Shown: one piece after another, positions 20,112 to 29,366 of the stretch
Numbering within the stretch: the stretch's first letter is position 1
Layout: every line of letters begins with the position of its first letter
From: Robiginitomaculum sp.
GTDB taxonomy: Bacteria; Pseudomonadota; Alphaproteobacteria; Caulobacterales; Maricaulaceae
DNA length: 59,162 nucleotides
Reading direction: 5' to 3'
Assembly (NCBI GenBank): GCA_016763185.1
Contig: JAESUG010000047.1
Location: 1 to 59,162, forward strand
The notes under the pieces: generated by a model
What the model was told of the DNA's origin: nothing
Databases searched by the model: none
What the model saw: only the letters and a program-made list of their open reading frames with translations
Position numbers and translations under genes: made by a program

Positions 20112-20528
20112 ATGACGGCGCAACATGGCAAGGATATCTTGTTAAAAATCGAAAACCCGGCTGGGTCTTCTACCTATGTGACTATGGCTGGCCTGCGGGC
20201 CAGAACCATTTCGTTTAACGCTCGGCCCGTAGATGTCACCAACACGGATAGCCCGGATGCTTGGCGGGAATTACTGCCTGGCGCCGGCTTGAAAACCGTA
20301 TCGGTGTCCGGATCTGGTGTGTTCAAAGATGCTGCCGCCGATGAAGCCATGCGGGTGGCGTTCTTTGCACAAGACACCCGTAATTGGCAAATCATTATCC
20401 CTGATTTTGGCAGCTTAACCGGGCCGTTTCAAATTGCTGCACTTGAGTATGCTGGCGATTTTGATCGCGAGGCAGTGTATAGTTTAACCCTGTCGTCGGC
20501 AGGTGCCATTTTGTTTGCAGCAATGTAA
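20112..20528 (+). CDS. major tail protein, TP901-1-like family (g9 equivalent)
   Basis: From Met 20112 after AGGAA. GKDILLKIEN...YVTMAGLRARTISFNARPVDVTN. Confidence 0.8.
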   Translation: MTAQHGKDILLKIENPAGSSTYVTMAGLRARTISFNARPVDVTNTDSPDAWRELLPGAGLKTVSVSGSGVFKDAAADEAMRVAFFAQDTRNWQIIIPDFGSLTGPFQIAALEYAGDFDREAVYSLTLSSAGAILFAAM

Positions 20529-20830
20529 TGCACGTGAACCAAATCAGGGGCGAAACTGTGTTGTTGATGGATGGCAAGCCGCAGGTTTTGTGCCTTACAT
20601 TGGGCGCGTTGGCTGAAATCGAAACCGCTCTTGGGATGTCTGATCTGTCTGATCTATCGGTACGCTTAGAAAAAATCAGTGCAAATGATGTGGTGTTGTT
20701 ACTCGCCGCTTTGCTCAACGGCGGTGGTAATGCAATGTCGATCGCACAAATACAAGCCGCCAGAACCGACCCCGCCGAAGTTGCAAAAGCTATTGCCAAG
20801 GCGTTTTCCTTAGCAGGGTCAGACGAATGA
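20528..20830 (+). CDS. GTA tail assembly chaperone-like protein (g10 equivalent)
   Basis: 100 aa. Position between the major tail and tape measure genes. Confidence 0.65.
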   Translation: MHVNQIRGETVLLMDGKPQVLCLTLGALAEIETALGMSDLSDLSVRLEKISANDVVLLLAALLNGGGNAMSIAQIQAARTDPAEVAKAIAKAFSLAGSDE

Positions 20831-21018
20831 AGCGCCAAAATTGGGGGCAGCTAGTGCATTTAGCCAGCGCTCAATTTTCGATTGCGCCAGTAGATTTTTG
20901 GAAAATGTCACTGTGGGAATGGCGACAGCTGACCCACGTGCCGGTGGAGGCGCATGCCAGTCGCCAACATTTAGAGCAGTTGATCAGCCAATTTCCAGAT
21001 GAAATTTTGAAGGAATAG
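20827..21018 (+). CDS. small rcc01693-like protein (g10.1 equivalent)
   Basis: 63 aa. ATGA overlap. PVDFWKMSLWEWRQL motif. Confidence 0.65.
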   Translation: MKRQNWGQLVHLASAQFSIAPVDFWKMSLWEWRQLTHVPVEAHASRQHLEQLISQFPDEILKE

Positions 21019-21022
21019 ACAC

Positions 21023-21553
21023 ATGGACGAAAACAACGCCGCAACGCCAAACCCGTTTGCCAACGCCGGTGAGCAATTACAAGAATTGGCCCAAGGCCCA
21101 GCTCGCCAAGCTGCGGAGCAATTGGAGCAAATGTTCACGCGCGCGGGCAATAGCATTGGGCGAGAGCTAGAAAAAGCGGCGCGTACTGGTTCGCTCTCAT
21201 TTAGTGCAATGGCCGAGTCGATCTTACGCGATTTGGCACGGATTGCAGTGAAACAAGTGGTCGGTGGTGCGCTATCTAGTGTTCTAGGGCAGGCCATTTC
21301 TGGTGGATTTTCCGGGGCTAGGTCCGAAGGTGGCCCGGTGCTTGCGGGCGGCGCGTATTTAGTCGGTGAACGCGGACCGGAGGTGTTCCGGCCCAGCGGC
21401 ACGGGAACCATTGACAGCCAAATTTCAGACGCACCTATCACAGTAAATTTCAATATGGGAACCGGGGCAAATATGGACGAGTTTAGGCGTTCGCAAGGCC
21501 AAATCAGCGCGATGTTAAGCCGTGCAGTAGAGCAAGGGAGACGGCGATTATGA
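21023..21553 (+). CDS. short tape measure protein (g11 equivalent)
   Basis: 176 aa. GGPVLAGGAYLVGERGPEVFRPSGTGTI block characteristic of GTA tape measures. Confidence 0.75.
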   Translation: MDENNAATPNPFANAGEQLQELAQGPARQAAEQLEQMFTRAGNSIGRELEKAARTGSLSFSAMAESILRDLARIAVKQVVGGALSSVLGQAISGGFSGARSEGGPVLAGGAYLVGERGPEVFRPSGTGTIDSQISDAPITVNFNMGTGANMDEFRRSQGQISAMLSRAVEQGRRRL

Positions 21554-22188
21554 ATGTGTTTCATGAAATACGATTTCCGGTTTCAGTATCTTTTCGCTCC
21601 AGTGGCGGCCCCATGCGGCGTACTGAAATTGTGACATTAGAGTCGGGTCACGAAGAACGGAATTCCCCCTGGCAACACGCCCGGCGGCGTTATGATGCTG
21701 GTATTGGTGTGCGGTCCTTAGTCGATATTGAAAAGGTTTTGGCATTTTTTGAAGCACGTATGGGGCAGTTGCATGGGTTTCGTTGGAAAGATGCTGCGGA
21801 CTTTCGCTCAAATACGGTAGGCAGTGATATATCATCTACAGATCAATTGCTTGGTATAGGTGATGGGGTCACTACTGTTTTTCAATTGAGCAAAGCCTAT
21901 GAAGCAGGCGTACATACATATGTCCGCCCAATTTCTAAGCCGGTAACGAGCAGTGTGCAGGTGGCAGTGGCAGGTGTGGAGCAGTCCATAGGAATAGCGT
22001 TTCTGATAAACTCTACCACAGGCATAATTACCTTTTTAAGCGGCCATGAACCGGCTTTTGGTCAAGACGTCACCGCTGGATTTAAATTTGATGTACCGGT
22101 TCGTTTCGATACAGATCATTTGGCAATTTCGCTAGAGACATTTTCGTCTGGGGCCATTTCGTCGATCCCGATAGTGGAGATACGCTAA
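21550..22188 (+). CDS. DUF2460 distal tail protein (g12 equivalent)
   Basis: FHEIRFPVSVSFRSSGGPMRRTEIVTLESGHEERN...HGFRWKD. Confidence 0.8.
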   Translation: MNVFHEIRFPVSVSFRSSGGPMRRTEIVTLESGHEERNSPWQHARRRYDAGIGVRSLVDIEKVLAFFEARMGQLHGFRWKDAADFRSNTVGSDISSTDQLLGIGDGVTTVFQLSKAYEAGVHTYVRPISKPVTSSVQVAVAGVEQSIGIAFLINSTTGIITFLSGHEPAFGQDVTAGFKFDVPVRFDTDHLAISLETFSSGAISSIPIVEIR

Positions 22189-22189
22189 T

Positions 22190-23064
22190 ATGCGCGACAT
22201 ACCTAGCGGGCTTAACGCCAAGCTACAATCCGGAGTTACTCGGTTGTGTTGGTGTTGGAAACTGATCCGAAAAGACGGTGAGATTTTTGGGTTTACGGAC
22301 CATGACTTGGTGTTGGAATTTGATGGTGTCAGTTGGCAACCAGCAACAGGTCTAGCGCCGGGGTTGATTGAAACCAGTATCGGTTTTGAAACCGGATCAG
22401 CAGGAACCGCAGGGTCAATTTTGCATGATAGTTTGTCCGAAGATGACTTGAAGTCAGGAAAATTTGACGGCGCGCAGGTTGAAATTTGGCGCGTGGATTG
22501 GCAAACTCCAAATGACCGGGTTGGAATTTGGGCGGGCGAAATTGGTGAAATACGGTTGCAAGATACGGTATTTAACGCCGAGTTGGTTGCCAACACCCGC
22601 AAACTTGAACGAACGGCTGCCGTGCTTTTTCAAAAAGCTGTGATGCAGAATTGGGCGATGCGCGGTGTAGCCAAGACATCAGCACTGCGCCTTGGCGGGT
22701 CTTGGCCACCATAGATACCGTGCTTGGCCCGACTTCTTTTTCGGTGGCTGGGTTGGTTTTGCCTGCAACAGATTGGTTTGTTTTTGGTCGGGTTGAATGG
22801 CTTGCACTGACCAAAATTGATAACCATGCCCGGATTAACGGGCATTATGTTGCCGGGCAAAGCGCCGAAAACCTGATAGAAGTATTCGAATTGTTATTAC
22901 CACCTGCAGTGCCGTTGGCGGTAGGTGATGCAATCGCATTAATTGTTGGTTGTGATAAATCCTTGGACCATTGCGCCAATCGGTTTTCTAACATTATCAA
23001 TTTTCGTGGGTGTCCGTTCATGCCCGGCAATGATGCATTGTTGGCGACGCCGATTGTTGAGTGA
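22190..23064 (+). pseudogene. DUF2163 / Phage_BR0599 hub protein (g13 equivalent) interrupted by a frameshift
   Basis: The N-terminal part is in the frame of 22190-22714, and the C-terminal part is in the frame of 22651-23064. That second frame is open back to the stop at 22606-22608 and reads ...RAFSKSCDAELGDARC..., then GCDKSLDHCANRFSNIINFRGCPFMPG. It is one gene in RcGTA. Confidence 0.7.
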
Positions 23065-23495
23065 TGGCCGACGGTGACACGACTGCTTCATTGGTGGTAG
23101 GGCAGGCTCTAAGTTGGGTTGGTACGCCATATCGACACCAAGCCAGCGTTAAAGGTGTGGGATGTGATTGCTTGGGCTTAGTGCGTGGGATATGGCGTGA
23201 ATTGTATGGGTTTGAACCGGCGCCGCTTCCGATTTATTCACCAAATTGGGCTGAACGAGGCCAAGCTGAACTGTTATTTGATGCAGCACAAAAATACCTA
23301 ACGCCAAGCATACGGCCGACAGCAGGGTCGGTTATTTTGTTTCGCATGACGGCGGAAAGTCCAGTGAAACATTGTGGAATTATGATCAATAATTCTGAGT
23401 TTATTCACGCGTATTGGAGCCGAAAAGTTTGCCGATCAGCCTATGGCCGATGGTGGCAAAAACGGCTGGCCGGCGTTTATCAATTTCCTAAATAG
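23061..23495 (+). CDS. NlpC/P60 cell-wall peptidase (g14 equivalent)
   Basis: GVGCDCLGLVRGIW (catalytic Cys) and VKHCGIM (His). 144 aa. Confidence 0.85.
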   Translation: MMADGDTTASLVVGQALSWVGTPYRHQASVKGVGCDCLGLVRGIWRELYGFEPAPLPIYSPNWAERGQAELLFDAAQKYLTPSIRPTAGSVILFRMTAESPVKHCGIMINNSEFIHAYWSRKVCRSAYGRWWQKRLAGVYQFPK

Positions 23496-23506
23496 AGAAC
23501 AGAAAA

Positions 23507-26500
23507 ATGGCACAATTGGCACTTTCATTTGCAGCGCGCACGGTTACCGGCATTGCAAATGCACTGGTCGGTAGCGCAATCACCTCCCTATTTGCGGGTG
23601 ATCGCGTGATCGGGTCAGAACTGGAGCAATTGTATATATTGCAATCAACAGAAGGTGCGCCCATTCCTATTGTATATGGCCGAGTTCGCACCGGCGGACA
23701 GGTGATTTGGGCAGACAACCCAGTTGAAAACCGACAACAAGTTCAAAGCGGCGGCAAGGGGGGTTCACAAACAACCGAACGGCGATATTCATTAAACTTT
23801 GCTGTGGGACTTTGTGACGGCGTGATTGATGGCGTTGGCCGGATTTGGGCCGATGGACAGCTTTTGGATACTTCTTTAACTCATTTTCGCTTGCACACGG
23901 GTGCTGAAGATCAACAAGCAGATAGCCTTATTCAAATCATCGAAGGTGTGGGTAATACCCCGGCATTCAAAGGGTTGGCCTATCTGGTTTTTGAAGATTT
24001 CCCGTTGTCGAGCTTTGGAAACCGAATACCGCAGCTTTCGTTTGAAGTGTTTCGCACCCCTCCGGATCATAGCCAGACCAGCTTGCGCCACCGGTTGCGT
24101 GGTGTCACGTTGATTCCAAGCTCCGGCGAATTTGCCTATGCAACAACACCTATTTTAGCAGATCTAGGTCCGGGCACAACAAAAGTCGAGAATATCAATA
24201 ATAGTTTTGGCGGGCCTGATATTATCGTCGCATTGGATGATTTGGAACGTACATTACCGGCTTGCGATACGGTTTCCTTGGTCGTTAGTTGGTTTGGCGA
24301 TGATTTACGTATGGGAACGTGTCAATTGCGACCTGGTGTTGAATTTACCAACAAGGTAATCATTGGCACGGATTGGGCCGTAAATGGTATAGACAGAGCC
24401 GGGGCGCATTTGGTCTCGCAAATTAATGAGCGCCCTGCGTTTGGTGGCACGCCTTCTGATGCATCTATTTTACAGGCAATTGCCGAGATTAAAGCTCGTG
24501 GATTTCGGGTGGTGTTTTATCCGTTTATCTTGATGGATATTCCGTCGGATAATACATTAGTTGACCCATATACGGGTGGGGTGCAACCAACCTATCCTTG
24601 GCGTGGACGTATTACGTGCGATCCTGCGCCGTCACAGCCGGGCAGCCCGGATAAGTCTGCTGGGGTGGGCACTCAAATCAATGCATTCGTTGGCGATGCT
24701 ACAATTGCTGACTTTTCCGTAAGTGAGGACGCTGTCTCTTATACGGGCGCGGCACAATGGTCATTGCGTCGAATGACACTGCATTATGCGCATTTATGCG
24801 CTTTGGCTGGCGGGGTGGACGCGTTTATCATTGGCTCTGAGCTAAGAGGACTTACCCGGTTGCGCTCATCGCAGGACGAATACCCAATGGTCGATGCTTT
24901 GTGTGCCTTGGCGCAAGACGCAGCAAGCATATTGCCAACCGCCGAGATTTCTTACGCGGCTGATTGGTCAGAATATTTTGGGCACCAGCCACAAGACGGA
25001 ACCGGTGATGTATATTTTCATCTCGATCCGTTATGGGCGCATCCAGCCATTAGTTTTGTTGGAATTGATTGGTATGTGCCGCTGTCCGATTGGCGTGAAG
25101 GTGCAGGCCATTTGGACGCGGCGCAATTTGTCGATATTTACGATCCGGATTATTTAGCCACAAATATGAACGGCGGGGAGGGCTATGATTGGTTTTATGG
25201 GTCTATTGCCGACCGTGAGGCGCAAATTCGAACGCCGATCACCGATGGTGCTGTCGGAAAGCCTTGGGTGTTTCGGTACAAAGACTTAGCAAATTGGTGG
25301 GGGCAAAACCATTTTAACCGACCTGGGGGTGTTGAAATAGCAACGCCAACGGCATGGGTGCCAATGTCTAAACCTATTTGGTTTACTGAAACCGGATGCC
25401 CGGCGGCAGACAAGGGTTCCAATCAACCTAATGTGTTTTTTGACCCCAAAAGTTCGGAAAGCCATCTTCCATATTTTTCCAATGGCCAACGCGACGATTT
25501 AATTCAACGAAGATACATCGAAGCAATGCTAGAGCATTGGCAGGTTGGTAATCCGGGCAATCCGCACTCAACACTTTATGACGGCCCGATGATCGACCCG
25601 GCCAATATTCAATTTTGGACATGGGATGCTAGGCCATTTCCAGATTTTCCAACCCGCTTATCTATTTGGTCAGATGGTGGAAATTGGCCGTTGGGTCATT
25701 GGCTAAATGGTCGCGTCGGGTTTTCTTCCTTAGGTGCAATTATTGCTGATCTGTGCCACCAAGCAAACATTTCGGATTTTTCGATTGCAGCGGTTTCTGG
25801 TGTGGTGACCGGATATGTAGTGCGCGGCGGCTCTAGTGTGCGAAATGCTTTGGCACCGTTGGCGCAGGTATATGGGTTTGACCTAGCAGAACGTTTCGGT
25901 TCGTTATTCTTTTTTACGCCGGGTAGCCATGTGATTACGGCAAACTTAAGCGCTGATGACTTGGCGGCAAGCAATAATTCATTTGGCGCGGAGCAAATGC
26001 TCGACGACGCCGAACAGCAAACAACCAGCGTGCGGATACAATTTTCCGATGATGAAAATGATTATCAACCAGCAGAAACCAATGTTCGGGTTGAACAGTT
26101 TAATCCGGATCGTTTAGTTGCAATCTCCGTTCCACTGGTGGCTGATCATTTATCAATGAAAAAACTGGGAGATGATGTGCTGGCGCGGTCACGTCAAAAA
26201 ACCCAAGGTTTGCATATTACCGTACCGCCGTCACAAATGACATTTGAGGTTGGGGACGTTGTTCGCTTTGATCCAACGTTTATGAGCGGCCAATGGCAGA
26301 TCTCGCGGATTGAGGAACGTGGGCGCCGTGAACTATGGTTTCAGTCAGCTCAATTTTTTGCAAGTTTGCCGGTAAGTGGTAGCCAGGTTGGCAACCAAAG
26401 CAGCAGCGCAATACCGCCACTATCACGTCCAATCATTGCGGTTATGGATATTCCTCTGCTGCCTGGTGAACCTCAAAGAATTGGTCCGCGTATTGCCGCC

Positions 26501-27355
26501 TTTGGCAGGCCGTGGAACAGTCGTGTTGAGGTGAAAGTTGGCGATGCCGAGCGCGTGCGAACCGTAATAAATCGCCCGGCAATTTTAGGGCATACAATAA
26601 CGGCACTACCAGCGGGCGGTGTCCAAAGTCGCTTTGATGAGAGTGCGGCGCTTCAAGTGCTATTTACCGATGCGAATTTGCTATCAGTCGAAGAACTGGA
26701 AGTTTTAAGTGGTCAAAACTCGTTGGCGGTTCAACATGACGACGGAGTTTGGGAGGTTTTACAGTTTCAATTTGCAGATTTACAGGCAGATGGAAGTTGG
26801 TTGTTACAACGGTTGCTGCGAGGCCAATCCGGTACGGATGCGGCTTTGGATAGCTCCATTGGTGCCGGAGCATTGGTGGTCTTGCTCGACGGTTCCAGCT
26901 TGCCAGCCGTGGTAGAGGACTATGAGATAGGATCACAAATCACCTGGCGGGCAGGATTTGCAAATCAAGGAGCCAACGCCGATTATGAGGCCATTGCTAC
27001 AGTCATTTATTCTGATCAAAGCCGTTTACCACGCAAGCCAGTGCATTTGCGAGCAGCGATTGACGGCGATGAAATTTTGATCACTTGGATAAGGCGTACT
27101 CGCATTGGCGGCGATAACTGGCATAGCCCAGATGTCCCTTTGGCGGAAACACAGGAGCTGTATTTATTCGAGCTATGGCTCAATGATATTGTGATTTTGT
27201 CTGATACCATGGGACAGTCAAGTCGGCGCTTGACCCAAGTTGAAATTTCGCAGTTCTATCCCAGTGGTATGCCATCAGAGATTGATATTTCGGTGTCGCA
27301 AGTTTCACCGGAAGCAGGGACCGGGGTAAAAAATCGTCAATTGCTCACGATCTAA
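23507..27355 (+). CDS. GTA host-specificity / baseplate multidomain protein (g15 equivalent)
   Basis: 1282 aa and the last gene of the cluster. N-terminal FGNRIPQLSFEV block and a central TIM-barrel-like region, typical of g15 homologues. Confidence 0.85.
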   Translation: MAQLALSFAARTVTGIANALVGSAITSLFAGDRVIGSELEQLYILQSTEGAPIPIVYGRVRTGGQVIWADNPVENRQQVQSGGKGGSQTTERRYSLNFAVGLCDGVIDGVGRIWADGQLLDTSLTHFRLHTGAEDQQADSLIQIIEGVGNTPAFKGLAYLVFEDFPLSSFGNRIPQLSFEVFRTPPDHSQTSLRHRLRGVTLIPSSGEFAYATTPILADLGPGTTKVENINNSFGGPDIIVALDDLERTLPACDTVSLVVSWFGDDLRMGTCQLRPGVEFTNKVIIGTDWAVNGIDRAGAHLVSQINERPAFGGTPSDASILQAIAEIKARGFRVVFYPFILMDIPSDNTLVDPYTGGVQPTYPWRGRITCDPAPSQPGSPDKSAGVGTQINAFVGDATIADFSVSEDAVSYTGAAQWSLRRMTLHYAHLCALAGGVDAFIIGSELRGLTRLRSSQDEYPMVDALCALAQDAASILPTAEISYAADWSEYFGHQPQDGTGDVYFHLDPLWAHPAISFVGIDWYVPLSDWREGAGHLDAAQFVDIYDPDYLATNMNGGEGYDWFYGSIADREAQIRTPITDGAVGKPWVFRYKDLANWWGQNHFNRPGGVEIATPTAWVPMSKPIWFTETGCPAADKGSNQPNVFFDPKSSESHLPYFSNGQRDDLIQRRYIEAMLEHWQVGNPGNPHSTLYDGPMIDPANIQFWTWDARPFPDFPTRLSIWSDGGNWPLGHWLNGRVGFSSLGAIIADLCHQANISDFSIAAVSGVVTGYVVRGGSSVRNALAPLAQVYGFDLAERFGSLFFFTPGSHVITANLSADDLAASNNSFGAEQMLDDAEQQTTSVRIQFSDDENDYQPAETNVRVEQFNPDRLVAISVPLVADHLSMKKLGDDVLARSRQKTQGLHITVPPSQMTFEVGDVVRFDPTFMSGQWQISRIEERGRRELWFQSAQFFASLPVSGSQVGNQSSSAIPPLSRPIIAVMDIPLLPGEPQRIGPRIAAFGRPWNSRVEVKVGDAERVRTVINRPAILGHTITALPAGGVQSRFDESAALQVLFTDANLLSVEELEVLSGQNSLAVQHDDGVWEVLQFQFADLQADGSWLLQRLLRGQSGTDAALDSSIGAGALVVLLDGSSLPAVVEDYEIGSQITWRAGFANQGANADYEAIATVIYSDQSRLPRKPVHLRAAIDGDEILITWIRRTRIGGDNWHSPDVPLAETQELYLFELWLNDIVILSDTMGQSSRRLTQVEISQFYPSGMPSEIDISVSQVSPEAGTGVKNRQLLTI

Positions 27356-27405
27356 CCTTTTTTTTGATGCTAGAACGGCTTACATGATGATCAGGAGTGA
27401 TCACC

Positions 27406-28308
27406 ATGACCAACCCGTACCAAATATTAGGCGTGCCTAAATCAGCCGACGAAGCGAGTATCCGTAAAGCATACCGCAAACTGGCCAAAATATATCATCC
27501 CGATATGCGTCCAGGTGACAAAGCAGCAGAAGATAAGTTCAAAGAAGCCAGCGCAGCATTTGCACTGTTGAATAATGAAGAAGAGCGGGCGAAGTATGAT
27601 CGGGGCGAAATTGATTCCCAAGGGAACCCAAAAGGACAATACGCCCAAGCGGGTACCCATCGTGGCGGATTTCCCGGTGGCTTTGCGCCCGGTGGATTTG
27701 AGGATATCTCCGATATATTATCCGAGTTGTTTGGCCGTCAAGCCGGAATGGGCGCGCGGCAGCATTTTTCTTCTCGCGGTGAAGATTTGCATTTTTCTTT
27801 GGATATTGACCTAGAAGAGGTCATTCTTGGTGGCACGCGCCAAGTGCGGATGAGTGACGGTAAAAACCTAAAAATCAAAATTCCGGTTGGTGTCCAAACA
27901 GGACGATCTTTGCGGCTAAAAGGCCAAGGCGGTGCCGGAATGGGTGGTGGACCGCCTGGTGATGCAATTGTCGAGTTAAAGGTAAAACCGCACCGGTTTT
28001 ATGTGGTTGATGCAGATCGTCTTCGGCTAGATATCCCAATTACACTGCACGAAGCCGTATTGGGGGCTAAGATAAAAATACCTACACCGGACGGGCCTGT
28101 GAATTTGACTATCCCACCCAATACTTCTTCTGCACAAGTTTTTCGTGTTAAAGGAAAGGGAGGTGCAAATGCGAAAGGCGCACGCGGCGATCTATTGGTA
28201 CGCACAATGATCATGTTATCTGACACGCCTGACAATGGCTTGAAACAATATCTAAAAAAGTCGAAAATATCGACTAACTCAGATCCAAGGAGAAATTTCT
28301 TTTCCTGA
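27406..28308 (+). CDS. J-domain co-chaperone, CbpA-like (no zinc-finger domain)
   Basis: NPYQILGV...AYRKLAKIYHPD (HPD motif), a Gly-rich linker and a DnaJ C-terminal domain. No CxxCxGxG repeats. AGGAG lies 8 nt before ATG 27406. Confidence 0.8.
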   Translation: MTNPYQILGVPKSADEASIRKAYRKLAKIYHPDMRPGDKAAEDKFKEASAAFALLNNEEERAKYDRGEIDSQGNPKGQYAQAGTHRGGFPGGFAPGGFEDISDILSELFGRQAGMGARQHFSSRGEDLHFSLDIDLEEVILGGTRQVRMSDGKNLKIKIPVGVQTGRSLRLKGQGGAGMGGGPPGDAIVELKVKPHRFYVVDADRLRLDIPITLHEAVLGAKIKIPTPDGPVNLTIPPNTSSAQVFRVKGKGGANAKGARGDLLVRTMIMLSDTPDNGLKQYLKKSKISTNSDPRRNFFS

Positions 28309-28356
28309 CGCACTTATTCACCATTGGTTCAGGCAAAGGCATGCAGATTAGTCCTC

Positions 28357-28689
28357 ATGAAAAAAATGATACACATTTTGGCAATTATTGGTTCCCTATC
28401 TTTGTCGGGCATGGCGACGAATATTGAAGCCCGCTCGCAGTTCCAAGACTCGTTTACAGCGGATCAAGCAAGAGATGCGCGCAAGCAAGGAAAAGTTCTT
28501 GGGGCCGGTCAGGTCATGCGAATTGTACAGCGTCAATATCCTCGATTAAAAGCCGCAGATGCCCGCCTTAGTTCCAAAGGTTCGCAAGGGCCTAGATATT
28601 ATGTCAAAATGCTAAGCTCCGATGGCCGGGTTGTCGAGGTGATTGTAAACGCCCGAACTGGAAGAATTTTAGGAACGCGAGGAAACTAA
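28357..28689 (+). CDS. PepSY-domain secreted protein
   Basis: Signal-like MKKMIHILAIIGSLSLSGMA. C-terminal YYVKMLSSDGRVVEVIVNARTGRILG is PepSY-like. Confidence 0.6.
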   Translation: MKKMIHILAIIGSLSLSGMATNIEARSQFQDSFTADQARDARKQGKVLGAGQVMRIVQRQYPRLKAADARLSSKGSQGPRYYVKMLSSDGRVVEVIVNARTGRILGTRGN

Positions 28690-28691
28690 TC

Positions 28692-29366
28692 ATGCGGATA
28701 TTGGTGGTTGAAGATGATCCTGATTTAAATAGACAACTCGTTAGCGCATTGGAAGATGCGGGGTATGTGACGGACAAGGCATTTGATGGTGATGAGGGTT
28801 TATTTTTGGGTGAAAGCGAGCCGTATGACGCGGTTATTTTGGATCTTGGATTGCCGGAAATAGACGGTGTGACCGTGCTGGAACGGTGGCGGCGTGCTGG
28901 TAAAAAATTTCCGGTGCTTATTTTGACGGCGCGTGATCGGTGGAGCGAAAAGGTTGCCGGTTTTGATGCCGGTGCCGATGACTATCTGACCAAACCATTT
29001 CACACAGAGGAATTGCTGGCTCGGTTACGTGCATTACTACGCCGGGCAGCAGGGCATGTGACGTCAATTATTGAAATTGGTGACCTGTCTGTTGATACCA
29101 AGGGTGCTCGCGCCTTTATTGATGGCGCACCTTTAAAGCTAACGTCTCACGAATTTAGGATTTTGAGCTATTTATCGCATCACGCTAACCGAGTGATCTC
29201 CAGATCAGAATTAACCGAGCATATTTATGATCAAGACTTTGATCGAGATTCAAACACGATCGAGGTTTTCATTGGCCGATTACGTAAGAAAATTGGTACG
29301 GAGCGCATCGAAACCGTTCGTGGATTGGGGTATCGACTTCTTGATCCAGACACTGCGAATTCGTGA
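28692..29366 (+). CDS. OmpR/PhoB-family response regulator
   Basis: REC domain (MRILVVEDD, AVILDLGLP, DDYLTKPF) plus a winged-helix output (TVRGLGYRL). Confidence 0.9.
   Translation: MRILVVEDDPDLNRQLVSALEDAGYVTDKAFDGDEGLFLGESEPYDAVILDLGLPEIDGVTVLERWRRAGKKFPVLILTARDRWSEKVAGFDAGADDYLTKPFHTEELLARLRALLRRAAGHVTSIIEIGDLSVDTKGARAFIDGAPLKLTSHEFRILSYLSHHANRVISRSELTEHIYDQDFDRDSNTIEVFIGRLRKKIGTERIETVRGLGYRLLDPDTANS

Larger units (their letters stand above)
14242..27355 (+). other. RcGTA-type gene transfer agent head-tail structural cluster (g2-g15 equivalents)
   Basis: Seventeen co-directional, tightly coupled ORFs in the canonical RcGTA order. No integrase, repressor, replication or lysis genes. Core-gene flanks. 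Confidence 0.85.

Noticed and set aside
20528-21018. Programmed -1 frameshift joining the two chaperone-like ORFs (the G/GT paradigm of tailed phages)
   Set aside because: The second ORF has its own ATG overlapping the first stop (ATGA). I could not identify a convincing slippery heptamer at the junction, so it cannot be supported from sequence alone.
14242-27355. Possible intact or cryptic prophage
   Set aside because: There are no integrase, repressor/antirepressor, replication, small terminase, lysis or att-like repeats within or at the edges. Gene content and order match the domesticated RcGTA layout, and the flanks are core genes.
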